41,040 nucleotides of DNA from Moorena sp. SIO3H5 (GTDB taxonomy: Bacteria; Cyanobacteriota; Cyanobacteriia; Cyanobacteriales; Coleofasciculaceae). The stretch is from NCBI RefSeq assembly GCF_010692395.1, contig NZ_JAAHHS010000023.1:721-41760 (forward strand). Reading direction: 5' to 3'. The notes under the pieces were generated by a model that saw only the letters and a list, made by a program, of their open reading frames with translations, ran no database searches and was not told where the DNA came from. Numbering within the stretch: position 1 is the first letter of the stretch; every line of letters begins with the position of its first letter. A program made the translations under genes and the position numbers. Shown here one piece after another: positions 9,369 to 21,287 of this stretch.

Positions 9369-9557
9369 CGATGTAACCTGTATAGTTTGCTTGACTGCTG
9401 AGTGTTAACCAGCGATGCCTCAGGTGCGACCCGTGGCGAATTTAATTCCCCTACGGAAAACGCACCATTACGGTCTTGGGGGAAACCCCCACTCGCGTTT
9501 TGGATCAAGACAATGAAGATGTAACCTGTATAATTTGTTTCACTGTTGAGTCTTAAC
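9369..9557. repeat. Composite repeat in the mscS upstream region. Two ~40-bp direct repeats (9369-9410 and 9517-9557, GATGTAACCTGTATA[G/A]TTTG..TGAGT.TTAACC) flank copy 3 of the GGTGCG..GAATTTAATTC..CGCACC element (9423-9466).
   Basis: Direct comparison of the two 40-mers shows about 85% identity. The inner element is caGGTGCGacccgtggcGAATTTAATTCccctacggaaaaCGCACC. Confidence 0.6.
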
Positions 9558-10019
9558 CGTTGAGTGTCAACAGTTGCTCCCCCCATTACCCCCGAAGATC
9601 GGCAGAGCTGTTTCATTTTCGATTTAGACTTAGGGGGGCAGAGTAGCAGAGCAGCGGAGCCGAATTATCCGCAAATATTCGGTTTTGACAGAATTTATCC
9701 CTTTCTAATTCTCTATATCTAACCCTGAAATGAAGAAGCCGGGGGTAGTCAACACTCACCAGTAAACAAGGTATAGATAGCGTTTTATTGGTTCAAATTG
9801 AGCCATGTCCTTATTGTTGCCCAAGATTTTCCATCAATAAACATCTTGAACAAAAATTTTGCAAAATCTTTGCTGAATACCCACTCTGCTTTTATCACAT
9901 CTTTATTTCCCTGGCTGATAATTAATTATTCATGGCTGGTATCATCCATAGCTTATTTATCGGTAATGGTATATTTACCAGCCGCATTTGGTATAATTCG
10001 CTTCTGTAAAATTCGGTAA

Positions 10020-10350
10020 AAATATTTATTTTAATAAAAATTATAATTAGTAAGTAATTAAATAATATAGCCAAAATATTACGAAGTATGGATTACCATT
10101 AGGAATTATCATGATTATGATAGTTTTAATTAAAACTGACTTATAACACTTACTTGCTAATTGCTATTCTAATCAAAATAAAATTAGTCTTCGATTCAAT
10201 CGCGTATAATCCTAATATAGTATCGGTAAATCAAGTTATAAAATCGACAATTATTTTAGTAATAAGAATATAAAAAACTAGTCTCACTTGTTATAGATGT
10301 AATTTATATTTTTTTTAAAAACTGACCTCTAATATCTTTTTACTATTCCC
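10020..10350. other. Strongly AT-rich (~80% A+T), non-coding island
   Basis: Composition read directly. There is no ORF longer than 60 aa without stops and it contrasts with about 55% A+T in flanking genes. A TTGACA hexamer lies at its right end (10360-10365). Confidence 0.6.
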
Positions 10351-10398
10351 TAACAAAAATTGACAATAATATCCGTTAATGCATCTGTCGGCGCGTGC

Positions 10399-10584
10399 AT
10401 GATCGATGAGATTTCTATGGCAGACGGCCCTGGAAAACCTGTTGATAGCAAGTGTACATCCCCACCGCAACCAAATAGTATTTGCACCCTAGACATCAAT
10501 GGGTGTGGCAATTCAAGCATTTGCCAGTGTCCTGAGGGGAGCGAATACAATCAGTTATTTGCGTCCTGCGAAATACCCTTGTGA
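10399..10584 (+). CDS. Hypothetical small Cys/Ser/Thr-rich peptide (61 aa from ATG 10399; the track ORF begins at a TTG at 10360)
   Basis: MIDEISMADGPGKPVDSKCTSPPQPNSICTLDINGCGNSSICQCPEGSEYNQLFASCEIPL with six Cys in about 40 residues. Local GC is higher than the surrounding AT island. It is followed by the strong hairpin at 10657-10694. No recognisable family and no signal peptide. It overlaps an antisense ORF of similar length, so the coding status is uncertain. Confidence 0.3.
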   Translation: MIDEISMADGPGKPVDSKCTSPPQPNSICTLDINGCGNSSICQCPEGSEYNQLFASCEIPL

Positions 10585-10656
10585 TACTAGAACCTGAATC
10601 TGTTAGTAATTCTATCAAGTTCCAGGTGATCACAAGTTAGATAATATCACAATTAA

Positions 10657-10694
10657 CAGTAGAGGGCTCACTGCTGAAAGTGAACCCTCTACTG
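10657..10694. terminator. Perfect 10-bp-stem hairpin CAGTAGAGGG-(18 nt)-CCCTCTACTG between the convergent small ORF and the TerB-like gene
   Basis: Inverted repeat read directly. There is no adjacent U-tract. Confidence 0.5.
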
Positions 10695-10758
10695 AATAGA
10701 TTTAGCTAGTTTTGTCAAAATTATTAATTAAGTTAGTTAATATTAATTAATAATCCTA

Positions 10759-11205
10759 TTACCCTTGATTTTTAATTAACATTACGTCTATAATTTTAAC
10801 AGCAGTATCTTCTGATATCTCTAAAGCATGATAAAGCTCGTTTAAAAACTCTTCTTCATCATCGGTAATTTCTCCATCTGCTAAGATAATATCAGTGGCG
10901 ATCGCAAAGGCTGTTCCTTGTAGTTCATGGGGGAGTGATTTGAGGGCTGCACTAAGAAGAGGATCAGAACCTTGCCGCTGCAGGAGCATCAAAAGTCGTT
11001 CAAACATTCTTGCCATTACATCAGCTGAGTAGCTCCTGAACAGCTGCATTCGAGATAAGGCCGTAATAATGGCTTGTACTTCAGAATTAGTCGCGTATCC
11101 GTCAGCAGCACCAGCAATTAATGCGATCGCAGCAAAGGCTTCAGCTGGTCCGAGTGTTGTTTGGCTGTGTTGACGACTAATTGAAATTTTGTCAAACAGA
11201 CCCAT
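10759..11205 (-). CDS. TerB-like (tellurite-resistance TerB / DjlA-N family) protein. ATG at 11205 (MGLFDKISI...) is preferred over the track TTG at 11328.
   Basis: LGPAEAFAAIALIAGAADGYATNSEVQAIITAL...LPHELQGTAFAIATDIILADGEITDDEEEFLNELYHALEI fits the TerB helical fold signature. Confidence 0.65.
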   Translation of the reverse strand: MGLFDKISISRQHSQTTLGPAEAFAAIALIAGAADGYATNSEVQAIITALSRMQLFRSYSADVMARMFERLLMLLQRQGSDPLLSAALKSLPHELQGTAFAIATDIILADGEITDDEEEFLNELYHALEISEDTAVKIIDVMLIKNQG

Positions 11206-11376
11206 TGTTGTTGTCTCTTGGAAAAGTACCTTAGTTAATACCAAGATGACATTGGTGACCGCAAACGGAATTAGTGGAAATACTGAACTTGTGAGTAGAC
11301 TTTGCCAAAGTTTTCTATTCCACCTCAAGCAGGGCTATAGTTAATCTGGTTAATGTGACCGATAAACTAGAGTTAA

Positions 11377-13485
<2,109 letters not shown>

Positions 13486-13515
13486 GTGAACGTATCCCAT
13501 ACCAAATCTATGTTA

Positions 13516-13560
13516 TCGATTCCCGATTCCCGATTCCCGATTCCCGATTCCCGATTCCCT
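13516..13560. repeat. STRR heptamer tract (CCCGATT)x6
   Basis: Tandem repeat read directly. Confidence 0.9.
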
Positions 13561-13605
13561 TACTGTGGTTGCTTAAACCGTTCAGGTGATAGGGAGTAAG
13601 TCAAC

Positions 13606-13634
13606 CAAAAAACCCCGCGTCTCATGACCGGGGA
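13606..13634 (-). terminator. Intrinsic terminator of rpsU (minus strand): CCCCGGTCATGAGACGCGGGG followed by TTTTTT
   Basis: GC stem and U6 tract lie about 22 nt 3' of the rpsU stop codon. Confidence 0.7.
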
Positions 13635-13656
13635 GTGTTGACAGTGGATTGAAGGT

Positions 13657-13836
13657 TTAGCGGTAACGACGCTTGCGTCTGCGAGCGATCGCTTTGCGCT
13701 TTTTCTTTTCAATGGGAGTCTCAAAATGACGTAGACGCTTCATATCAGCAAAAATTCCAGCTTTAGATACTTGTCGCTTAAATCTACGCAGGGCTGACTC
13801 AATGCCTTCATTTTCACCGACAACCACTTGGGTCAT
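13657..13836 (-). CDS. rpsU: 30S ribosomal protein S21
   Basis: Manual translation of the minus strand gives [59 protein letters not shown]. It is 59 aa and so missing from the ORF track. ATG at 13834-13836, TAA at 13657-13659. Confidence 0.9.
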   Translation of the reverse strand: MTQVVVGENEGIESALRRFKRQVSKAGIFADMKRLRHFETPIEKKKRKAIARRRKRRYR

Positions 13837-14051
13837 ACTAAATTAATCCTCCTAAATTTGAACAAAAAATTCTAACTATACTATCATACAATTATACTAT
13901 CTAGCAAGATTGCTGATAACAAGACGTCATAAGATATTACCAAGCAGGGTCAATACCCGAAAGAATCTGCCTGGGTGATTATACCCTCAAATACTGGAAA
14001 AAAAGACTATTTCATTAACAATTGCGGTTGATCTCGATGAAGGTAAGGATT

Positions 14052-14158
14052 CAGCTATCAGCTATCAGCTATCAGCTATCAGCTATCAGCTATCAGCTAT
14101 CAGCTATCAGCTATCAGCTGACGGCTGACTGCTGACGGCTGACGGCTGACTGCTGAAC
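14052..14158. repeat. STRR tract (CAGCTAT)x10 followed by (GACGGCT/GACTGCT)x5, abutting the dus stop codon
   Basis: Tandem repeat read directly. Confidence 0.9.
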
Positions 14159-14160
14159 GC

Positions 14161-15201
14161 TTAGTGATGGAGTTTAGCGATCGCATTTTCAATCAACTCA
14201 ACTCCTTGGTCAACCGTCTCTATTGTACTGAGTTTCTTACGCAATTCCCCTGCTCCAGGAAACCCTTTAGCGTACCAACTCATGTGTTTCCGGGATTGAT
14301 AAATACCCCGCTCCCCCTTATAGTGCCATAGACCTTGTAAATGCTCCTTAGCACATTCAAGCAGTTGTACTGGTGTGGTTGGGGGTAACAGTTGTCCGGT
14401 TTTCAGGAAATAGTCTATTTCTCCGACTAGAAAGGGATAGCCCAGGGTTCCCCGAGAACACATTACCCCATCAGCACCGGTTTCTTCCAAGCAGCGCACT
14501 GCTGCATCGACGGACAAAATATCCCCATTAGCAATCACTGGGATAGACAGCACATCTTTTACCCGCTTAATCCATTCCCAGCGAGCGGAGCCATTATACC
14601 CTTGGTCACGAGTACGGCCATGGAGGGTCAACATCTGAGCCCCTGCATCTTCCATACGTTGGGCAAATTCTACGGCATTGATCTCCTGATCAGTCCAGCC
14701 AATACGGGTTTTGACCGTTACAGGTACCTCAACTGCCTTGACTACTGATCGTACAATTGCTTCTGCCGTTTCTGGATCTCGCAGTAAAGCAGACCCGCCA
14801 CCATTTTTAGTAATTTTATTAACAGGGCAACCCATATTAATATCCACAGTATCTGCCCCTTCTGCCACTGCCCTTTGTGCCGCTTGAGCCAGAAATTCCG
14901 GGCGACAGTCAAATAATTGGATACTGATCGGTTTTTCTAATGGGTCTACCTCCATAACCTTGGGCAATTCTCGGAGATACTTTAACTGGCTAGCATGAAC
15001 CATTTCGGTATACATCATGGACTCAGTGGCGTAGCGACGCACTAGGCGACGAAACACCAAGTCGGTTACTCCAGACAGGGGTGACTGTAAAACCCTGCTG
15101 TTGACCTCAACTGAGCCAATTTTAAGGGGTGATGCTAAGCGTTGCTGTAATTGTGGAGATAGAACTGGCATTGGTAATGGTGTTGTTTCCGTCGTGATCA
15201 C
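14161..15201 (-). CDS. tRNA-dihydrouridine synthase (Dus family, DusB-like)
   Basis: FMN-binding TIM-barrel motifs (APMAGVTD-like LSGVTDLVFR; DINMGCPVNKITKNGGGSALL; catalytic Cys in GCP). GTG start at 15201, or ATG 30 nt downstream. Confidence 0.8.
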   Translation of the reverse strand: MITTETTPLPMPVLSPQLQQRLASPLKIGSVEVNSRVLQSPLSGVTDLVFRRLVRRYATESMMYTEMVHASQLKYLRELPKVMEVDPLEKPISIQLFDCRPEFLAQAAQRAVAEGADTVDINMGCPVNKITKNGGGSALLRDPETAEAIVRSVVKAVEVPVTVKTRIGWTDQEINAVEFAQRMEDAGAQMLTLHGRTRDQGYNGSARWEWIKRVKDVLSIPVIANGDILSVDAAVRCLEETGADGVMCSRGTLGYPFLVGEIDYFLKTGQLLPPTTPVQLLECAKEHLQGLWHYKGERGIYQSRKHMSWYAKGFPGAGELRKKLSTIETVDQGVELIENAIAKLHH

Positions 15202-15220
15202 CCTTAGTAATCAGCAATTG

Positions 15221-15258
15221 ATTCTTTATGATTCTTTATGATTCTTTATGATTCTTTA
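15221..15258. repeat. Tandem 10-mer (ATGATTCTTT)x4 in the dus/dnaK divergent spacer
   Basis: Read directly. Confidence 0.85.
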
Positions 15259-15878
15259 AATATATAATAGCGCTGATTATACTTAGCTGATCATACTGCT
15301 GATCATACTTATCAGGTAAAGTCAAGTTTCTTTTCCCTATTCCCGACTCCCGTTTCAGTTTCCTCAACTACTCTCAAGACGGCAAACACAACTGATTTGT
15401 TACGGTTCACACCAATCCCAACAGCTGTTAATTTTCGTAAATTAGACACAGGCAAGGCAACAAAAAGGGGTCAGGAAAAAAACATACATGGGTTTTGACC
15501 ATAGCAGTCCTAATTCAAACGTCACGGAAATCAGAACTCTGGGTGGATTCTTCCCCAACTTCGGTGATCTTCCCTATATTCCGACTCTCACACCTAATCG
15601 AGAATGGCGCTGATTACCCCTAACTGTTTTCTTTCCTGCTGCCCCCTGACCGAAAAAATCAGTAGATAATCGGTTATTCAATTGAGAACCGTCCCATCTT
15701 AGGTTCGGGAAACCACCCTTCATTAGACTGGCAAATAAAGTTCAGTATAAATAATGGTAATCCAACCGATGGTATAAAAACTGGCAACGGTTATTCCTTG
15801 AACCAAAAGGCACGGATCATTCTCTAATCCTCTCCTACCCTACCAGTATTTGTAGTTATAGGCACCCGGAACACTCTT

Positions 15879-17792
15879 ATGGCAAAAGTTGTTGGAATTG
15901 ACTTAGGTACAACAAACTCCTGTGTAGCAGTAATGGAAGGTGGTAAACCCACGGTTATTGCTAATGCAGAAGGTTTTCGGACAACCCCTTCAGTCGTAGC
16001 TTATGCCAAAAATGGCGATCGCTTAGTGGGTCAAATCGCTAAGCGTCAGGCGGTGATGAACCCCGAAAACACTTTCTATTCAGTCAAACGCTTCATTGGA
16101 CGTAGATACAGTGAAGTCACCAACGAGGCTACCGAAGTATCTTACAAAACTCTCAAGGTTGGTGATAATGTCAAGCTAGATAGCCCAGCTCAAGGAAAGC
16201 AATTTGCGCCAGAAGAGATATCAGCTCAGGTGCTACGCAAGCTGGTTGATGATGCTAGCAAGTATCTTGGGGAAACCGTTACCCAAGCGGTAATTACTGT
16301 GCCAGCTTACTTCAATGACTCCCAGCGTCAAGCTACTAAGGCAGCGGGTAAGATTGCTGGTGTTGAAGTGCTGCGGATTATCAACGAACCGACTGCAGCG
16401 TCTCTGGCTTATGGTTTAGACAAGAAGAGCAACGAAACTATCCTAGTGTTTGACTTGGGTGGTGGTACCTTTGACGTCTCTATTCTAGAAGTAGGTGACG
16501 GGGTGTTTGAAGTGTTAGCTACCTCCGGTGACACTCACCTCGGTGGTGATGACTTCGATAAGAAAATTGTTGATCACCTAGCCAAAGAGTTCCAAAGCTC
16601 AGAAGGGATTGACCTACGCAAGGACAAGCAAGCTCTACAACGTCTGACTGAAGCCGCCGAGAAAGCCAAGATTGAGTTGTCTAGCGTTATGCAAGCTGAC
16701 ATTAACTTGCCTTTCATCACGGCTACCCAAGAAGGACCTAAGCACCTGGATATGACCTTGACTAGGGGTCAGTTTGAAGATATTTGCTCTGACTTAATCG
16801 ACCGTTGTCGCATTCCGGTAGAGAATGCCATCAAGGATGCCAAACTCGACAAGAGTGCCATTGATGAGGTGGTTTTGGTTGGTGGTTCTACTCGGATCCC
16901 TGCAGTGCAACAGGTGGTCAAGAAGGTACTTGGCAAGGATCCTAACCAAACTGTTAACCCCGATGAAGTGGTAGCGGTAGGTGCTGCTATCCAAGGTGGT
17001 GTATTAGCTGGTGAAGTCAAGGATATCCTATTGTTGGATGTCACTCCCTTGTCCTTGGGTGTGGAAACTCTCGGTGGCGTGATGACGAAACTGATTCCCC
17101 GCAACACCACTGTCCCCACCAAGAAGTCAGAAACCTTCTCTACTGCTGTGGATGGTCAGACCAACGTAGAAATCCATGTTCTTCAGGGTGAGCGGGAAAT
17201 GTCCTCTGACAACAAGAGCTTGGGAACCTTCAGATTGGATGGTATTCCCCCTGCACCCCGTGGCGTACCTCAGATTGAGGTAACTTTTGACATTGATGCC
17301 AACGGTATCCTGAATGTTACCGCTAAGGACAAGGGCACTGGTAAGGAACAGTCCATCAACATTACTGGTGCATCCACCCTATCTGATCAGGAAATAGACC
17401 GGATGGTGAAGGATGCTGAAGCTAATGCAGAGGCTGACCAAGATCGTCGTGAGAAGATTGACCGTAAGAACCAAGCTGATTCTCTTACCTACCAGGCCGA
17501 GAAACAGATTAAAGAACTCGATGATAAATTGCCAGCAGCTGATAAGGAGAAGATCGAAGGGTTGATCAAAGACCTGCGAGAGGCAATTGGGCAAGAGGAT
17601 GATGAGAAAATCAAGACTCTGACCACTGAGTTACAACAAGCTCTCTACAGTGTTAGTGCTAACCTCTATCAGCAAGCTGAGGGGGCTGCTGAGGCCACCG
17701 ATGCTGGCGCACCAGGTCCTGATGCTGCTCCTTCTGGTAGCTCTGGTAGTGGTGATGATGTCATTGACGCTGAATTTTCTGAAACCAAGTAG
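15879..17792 (+). CDS. dnaK: Molecular chaperone DnaK (Hsp70)
   Basis: Hsp70 signatures [26 protein letters not shown]. 637 aa. Confidence 0.95.
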   Translation: MAKVVGIDLGTTNSCVAVMEGGKPTVIANAEGFRTTPSVVAYAKNGDRLVGQIAKRQAVMNPENTFYSVKRFIGRRYSEVTNEATEVSYKTLKVGDNVKLDSPAQGKQFAPEEISAQVLRKLVDDASKYLGETVTQAVITVPAYFNDSQRQATKAAGKIAGVEVLRIINEPTAASLAYGLDKKSNETILVFDLGGGTFDVSILEVGDGVFEVLATSGDTHLGGDDFDKKIVDHLAKEFQSSEGIDLRKDKQALQRLTEAAEKAKIELSSVMQADINLPFITATQEGPKHLDMTLTRGQFEDICSDLIDRCRIPVENAIKDAKLDKSAIDEVVLVGGSTRIPAVQQVVKKVLGKDPNQTVNPDEVVAVGAAIQGGVLAGEVKDILLLDVTPLSLGVETLGGVMTKLIPRNTTVPTKKSETFSTAVDGQTNVEIHVLQGEREMSSDNKSLGTFRLDGIPPAPRGVPQIEVTFDIDANGILNVTAKDKGTGKEQSINITGASTLSDQEIDRMVKDAEANAEADQDRREKIDRKNQADSLTYQAEKQIKELDDKLPAADKEKIEGLIKDLREAIGQEDDEKIKTLTTELQQALYSVSANLYQQAEGAAEATDAGAPGPDAAPSGSSGSGDDVIDAEFSETK

Positions 17793-17805
17793 GGATTTGG
17801 CTAAG

Positions 17806-18500
17806 CATTCAGCGGTCAGCGGTCAGCGGTCAGCCGTTAGTCTTTAGCTGTTCCCGTAGCGTGGGCGTAGCCCATGAGCTAAAAGCTGATAGCTAAAAGC
17901 TGTTCGCGTAGCGTGCGCGTAGCGCATAAGCTGATAGCTGATAGCTGATAGCTGGTAGCTGAATACGTACATGGCTAATAGCTAAGGCAGATAATCCTAA
18001 AGCTTAGTCTATCTTTTTCTAAAGTCTAATTAAGGTTGATGAGAATTTGATTACTCATCAACCTTTTGCTTATTGGATTTTAGGGAGTAGGGAATCGGGA
18101 GTAGGGAATCGGGAATAGGGAATCGGGAATCGGGAATAGGGAATAGGGAATAGGGAATAGGAAAAAAATTATCACAATTACGACACGGATTGCTATACTC
18201 TAAATTAGTAGCTAAAGTCTAGGCAAAAGGCAAAGGGCAAGAGGCAATAGTCGTCAGTTATTAGAGTGGATGAATAATAGAGGATATCAATACTTTTAGC
18301 AAAAAAAGTAAATTTTTTAATTAGTTTATCGGTGACATTTTTTAAACATCAAAACATCAAACTAAAACAAAATTTTACCTCTTGCCTCTTGCCTCTCCTA
18401 AATTCCCTGTTCCCTGTTCCCTCTAAACCAAAATACTATATTCCCGATTACCTACTCCCGATTCCCAATTCCCGATTCCCGATTCCCGATTCCCTAATCA
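17806..18500. repeat. About 700-bp repeat-dense spacer: (CAGCGGT)x4, (GCTGATA)n, two CGCGTAGCG hairpin units, then a large nested inverted repeat. (GGGAATC/GGGAATA)n at 18085-18170 faces (TCCCGATT)n at 18440-18500, and GGCAAAGG.. at 18220-18250 faces CTTGCCTCT.. at 18380-18400, around an AT-rich centre.
   Basis: Read directly. Arms are reverse-complementary heptamer tracts. Confidence 0.8.
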
Positions 18501-18515
18501 ACTGAAAACGCTATT

Positions 18516-19838
18516 GTGGATAAACAAACCATTGATTCAATTCAAAACCTCCGCTACCAAGCTGCATCGTTGCTAGTTTATCAGTCAGTCTTGAGTGAAG
18601 AGGTAGGTTTAGCTTTTTTGAAACTATTAGAAGCTATACTTAACAGGGATGTGGATAACATCAGTTGTTTAAAGGCTTATGGTGACTGGTTTCAAGGGTT
18701 AGCTAGCCAAAACCAAAGTTGGCACGATTATCTGTTTAGGCAAATCCTTAGGGCTGATAATTCTTTTACCAGGCAAGTGCAAGGTTCTGAATTAGAAACA
18801 TTACCGCCAGCATTAGTAGACGCGGCTCGTCATGACTTACAAGCTTTACAAAATATCTATAAGTGCAGCAGTAAACAACTTTGTAAGTGGGTCAAAAGAG
18901 CATCTGTTTTACCGGTTGAACTGGTGCCTTGGAATTGTGAGTCAAGTCAATCAAGGTCTGGGTCTGACCAGATTGATAAACGTACTCAATGGCACGCTGA
19001 TCTACAAGCTAAACTAAACAATTTAGACAATTGGGCTGATGGCTTGGAAGCGATCGCGGCATACTATCAAGAGTTTGGGACTGGACTTTTTGCTGACTAT
19101 CAAGGATTTCGTTGGCAATCGGGTCAGTTGTTTGGTATTGCCAATCCCGATCCGATTAGACTCAGTGAGCTGGTGGGCTATGAATTGGCGCGGACGCAAT
19201 TGCTCAAGAATACAGAGTTTCTGCTGAAAGGCTACCGAGCCCTGAATATATTACTTTACGGTAGTCGCGGTTCAGGTAAGTCTTCTTTGGTCAAGGCGTT
19301 GTTAAATGAATACGGTGAGCAGGGATTGCGAATTATTGAAGTCCCGAAATCAGAGATGATCGATTTACCGGTGATTACGGAGCAATTGCGAGACCAGCCT
19401 CAAAAATTTATTATCTTTATCGATGATTTATCCTTTGAAGAGGATAATGATTCCTACAAAGCTTTAAAGGTAATCTTGGAAGGGAATTTAACAGCACGAC
19501 CTGACAATGTTGTGGTTTACGCCACCTCTAATCGACGACACTTGATTCGAGAATTCTTTGATGACCGTCCCCGTCCTAGCAATGAAGAGATCCATGGTTG
19601 GGATACGGTTCACGAGAAACTTTCGTTTAGCGATCGCTTTGGCTTAACCCTAACCTTTGAGAAAGCTGACCAGAAAACCTACTTGAATATTGTCCAACAT
19701 CTAGCTACCCTAGCCCAAATCCCCCTTGAGCCTAGTGAAATCAGACCTCGTGCCTTACAGTGGGCGATCCGAGCCAATGGTTTCTCTGGTAGAACAGCAC
19801 GACAGTTTATTGATTTTTTACAAGCAGAGGAATGCTAA
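18516..19838 (+). CDS. AAA+ ATPase of the DUF815 family (GTG start)
   Basis: Walker A LLYGSRGSGKSSLVKAL and Walker B FIIFIDDLSFEE. This architecture is typical of DUF815 proteins. Confidence 0.65.
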   Translation: MDKQTIDSIQNLRYQAASLLVYQSVLSEEVGLAFLKLLEAILNRDVDNISCLKAYGDWFQGLASQNQSWHDYLFRQILRADNSFTRQVQGSELETLPPALVDAARHDLQALQNIYKCSSKQLCKWVKRASVLPVELVPWNCESSQSRSGSDQIDKRTQWHADLQAKLNNLDNWADGLEAIAAYYQEFGTGLFADYQGFRWQSGQLFGIANPDPIRLSELVGYELARTQLLKNTEFLLKGYRALNILLYGSRGSGKSSLVKALLNEYGEQGLRIIEVPKSEMIDLPVITEQLRDQPQKFIIFIDDLSFEEDNDSYKALKVILEGNLTARPDNVVVYATSNRRHLIREFFDDRPRPSNEEIHGWDTVHEKLSFSDRFGLTLTFEKADQKTYLNIVQHLATLAQIPLEPSEIRPRALQWAIRANGFSGRTARQFIDFLQAEEC

Positions 19839-21028
19839 TTATCCATGGGAAACGCCCCTGGTCGCACGCTGATTAATTTGGTCTTACCGTTACGAAGCAC
19901 TTCCACCTCTAACTGGGCACCCACCTCTGAGGCTTCCACACCCTGCTGAACCTCAGTGGCATTTTTAACTGGTTTCGAACCAACGGTTTTAATGATATCT
20001 CCTGTTTTGAAACCAGCTCTCTGGGCGGGGGAGCCTGGCACCACCCGGACGATTAAAACCCCATCATCTTGGTTGACTTTCAGGTCAAAGTCTTGGTCTT
20101 GATTAATTTTTTCTCTCAACTCTGGGGTCAAGGTCACCATCTGAATGCCTAGGTAAGGATGCTCAACTTTACCTTTAGAAAATAGTTGATTAGCTATCCG
20201 TTCCGCAGTTTCCACGGGGATAGCAAACCCTAAGCCTTGGGCATTGGCTCGAATAGCGGTGTTAATCCCAACGACTTCACCAGTGGCATTCAACAACGGA
20301 CCACCGGAATTACCAGGGTTAATGGCGGCATCCGTTTGGATAAAGCTGACCCGTTTTTCAGGAACCCCGACTTGGGAACTGGAGCGCCCTAAGGCACTTA
20401 TGATACCGACCGTTACAGTATTATCTAAACCGAGGGGATTACCAATAGCGATCGCCCATTCTCCTGGGGTCAAATTCTCTGCTTTACCCAAGTTGACTGT
20501 GGGCAAGTCCGTTGCTTCAATTTTGACTACGGCTACATCGGTAACTGGGTCACTGCCCACGACTTGACCCTCAAAGCTGCGACCGTCTTTTAGAGTGACT
20601 TTAACTTCCTCTGTGCCTTCTACAACGTGGGCATTGGTAATCAAGCGTCCATCGGAGCTGAGGATAAATCCTGAGCCCGTGCCTTGCTCGATGCGCTGTT
20701 TTGGCATAGGCAGGTCATCCCCAAAAAAGCGCCTAAAGAAGGGATTGTGGAACGGTTGTGGGATATCCCGTGATACCTGACGGGCTGCATCGATTCTCAC
20801 CACTGCCGGACCTACTTTTTCTACCGCTTTAGCTATGAAATTGAGGTTTCTCTGGGGTGTAACACTTGATCGTTGTGGCGTGAATGGTTGTAATACTGCT
20901 GGAACGATTTGTGGGCGTCTGATTACCTCTTGCTCTGCCATGAGATAGCGACTACCCAAAACCCCTGCACCTCCGCCCAAGCCCAGCAATGTCAGATAAA
21001 CGGTCAGCTGCTTTAGGGATAAACTCAT
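19835..21028 (-). CDS. Deg/HtrA-family periplasmic serine protease with C-terminal PDZ domain
   Basis: Trypsin-like catalytic triad context (TNAHVV, D, GNSGGPL) and a PDZ region (GVLIVRVVPGSPAQRAGFKTGDIIKTVG). N-terminal signal peptide. Its stop overlaps the DUF815 stop. Confidence 0.85.
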   Translation of the reverse strand: MSLSLKQLTVYLTLLGLGGGAGVLGSRYLMAEQEVIRRPQIVPAVLQPFTPQRSSVTPQRNLNFIAKAVEKVGPAVVRIDAARQVSRDIPQPFHNPFFRRFFGDDLPMPKQRIEQGTGSGFILSSDGRLITNAHVVEGTEEVKVTLKDGRSFEGQVVGSDPVTDVAVVKIEATDLPTVNLGKAENLTPGEWAIAIGNPLGLDNTVTVGIISALGRSSSQVGVPEKRVSFIQTDAAINPGNSGGPLLNATGEVVGINTAIRANAQGLGFAIPVETAERIANQLFSKGKVEHPYLGIQMVTLTPELREKINQDQDFDLKVNQDDGVLIVRVVPGSPAQRAGFKTGDIIKTVGSKPVKNATEVQQGVEASEVGAQLEVEVLRNGKTKLISVRPGAFPMDN

Positions 21029-21130
21029 GGTTTTAGTAATTTCACTAATTGCTTTTGGGGTCCATATACTTACACTTTACTGAAAAATGTTGAGTATTGA
21101 CGGAATAATATTGTTGAGTTACGTGAAATA

Positions 21131-21176
21131 GAGTGTGGGAGGTGTGGGGTGTAGGGTGTGGGGTGTGGGGTGTGGG
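21131..21176. repeat. STRR heptamer tract (GGGGTGT)x6
   Basis: Read directly. Confidence 0.9.
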
Positions 21177-21287
21177 AATAAGATAGGGTAATTTTCCATT
21201 ATAGCGCTATTGTTTCGTTGTTGGGTTGAGAATGCGATCGCGTAGCGTGGCCTACGGCCAATCGCATCCTGTCAATTACAATTCGTT

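Noticed and set aside
9780-9810. tRNA-like TpsiC motif GGTTCAAATTGAGCC
   Set aside because: No acceptor or anticodon stem could be built around it. No other tRNA-like signatures (GGTTCGAATCC variants) occur outside CDSs.
9362-10019. Track ORFs 9362-9616 (-) and 9798-10019 (+)
   Set aside because: The first spans the direct-repeat and palindrome module. The second is a TTG-initiated hydrophobic peptide of the kind AT-rich DNA yields by chance. Neither has support.
15202-15878. HrcA CIRCE element (TTAGCACTC-N9-GAGTGCTAA) upstream of dnaK
   Set aside because: I searched the dus/dnaK spacer by eye and found no match. Only the ATGATTCTTT and GCTGATCATAC repeats are present.
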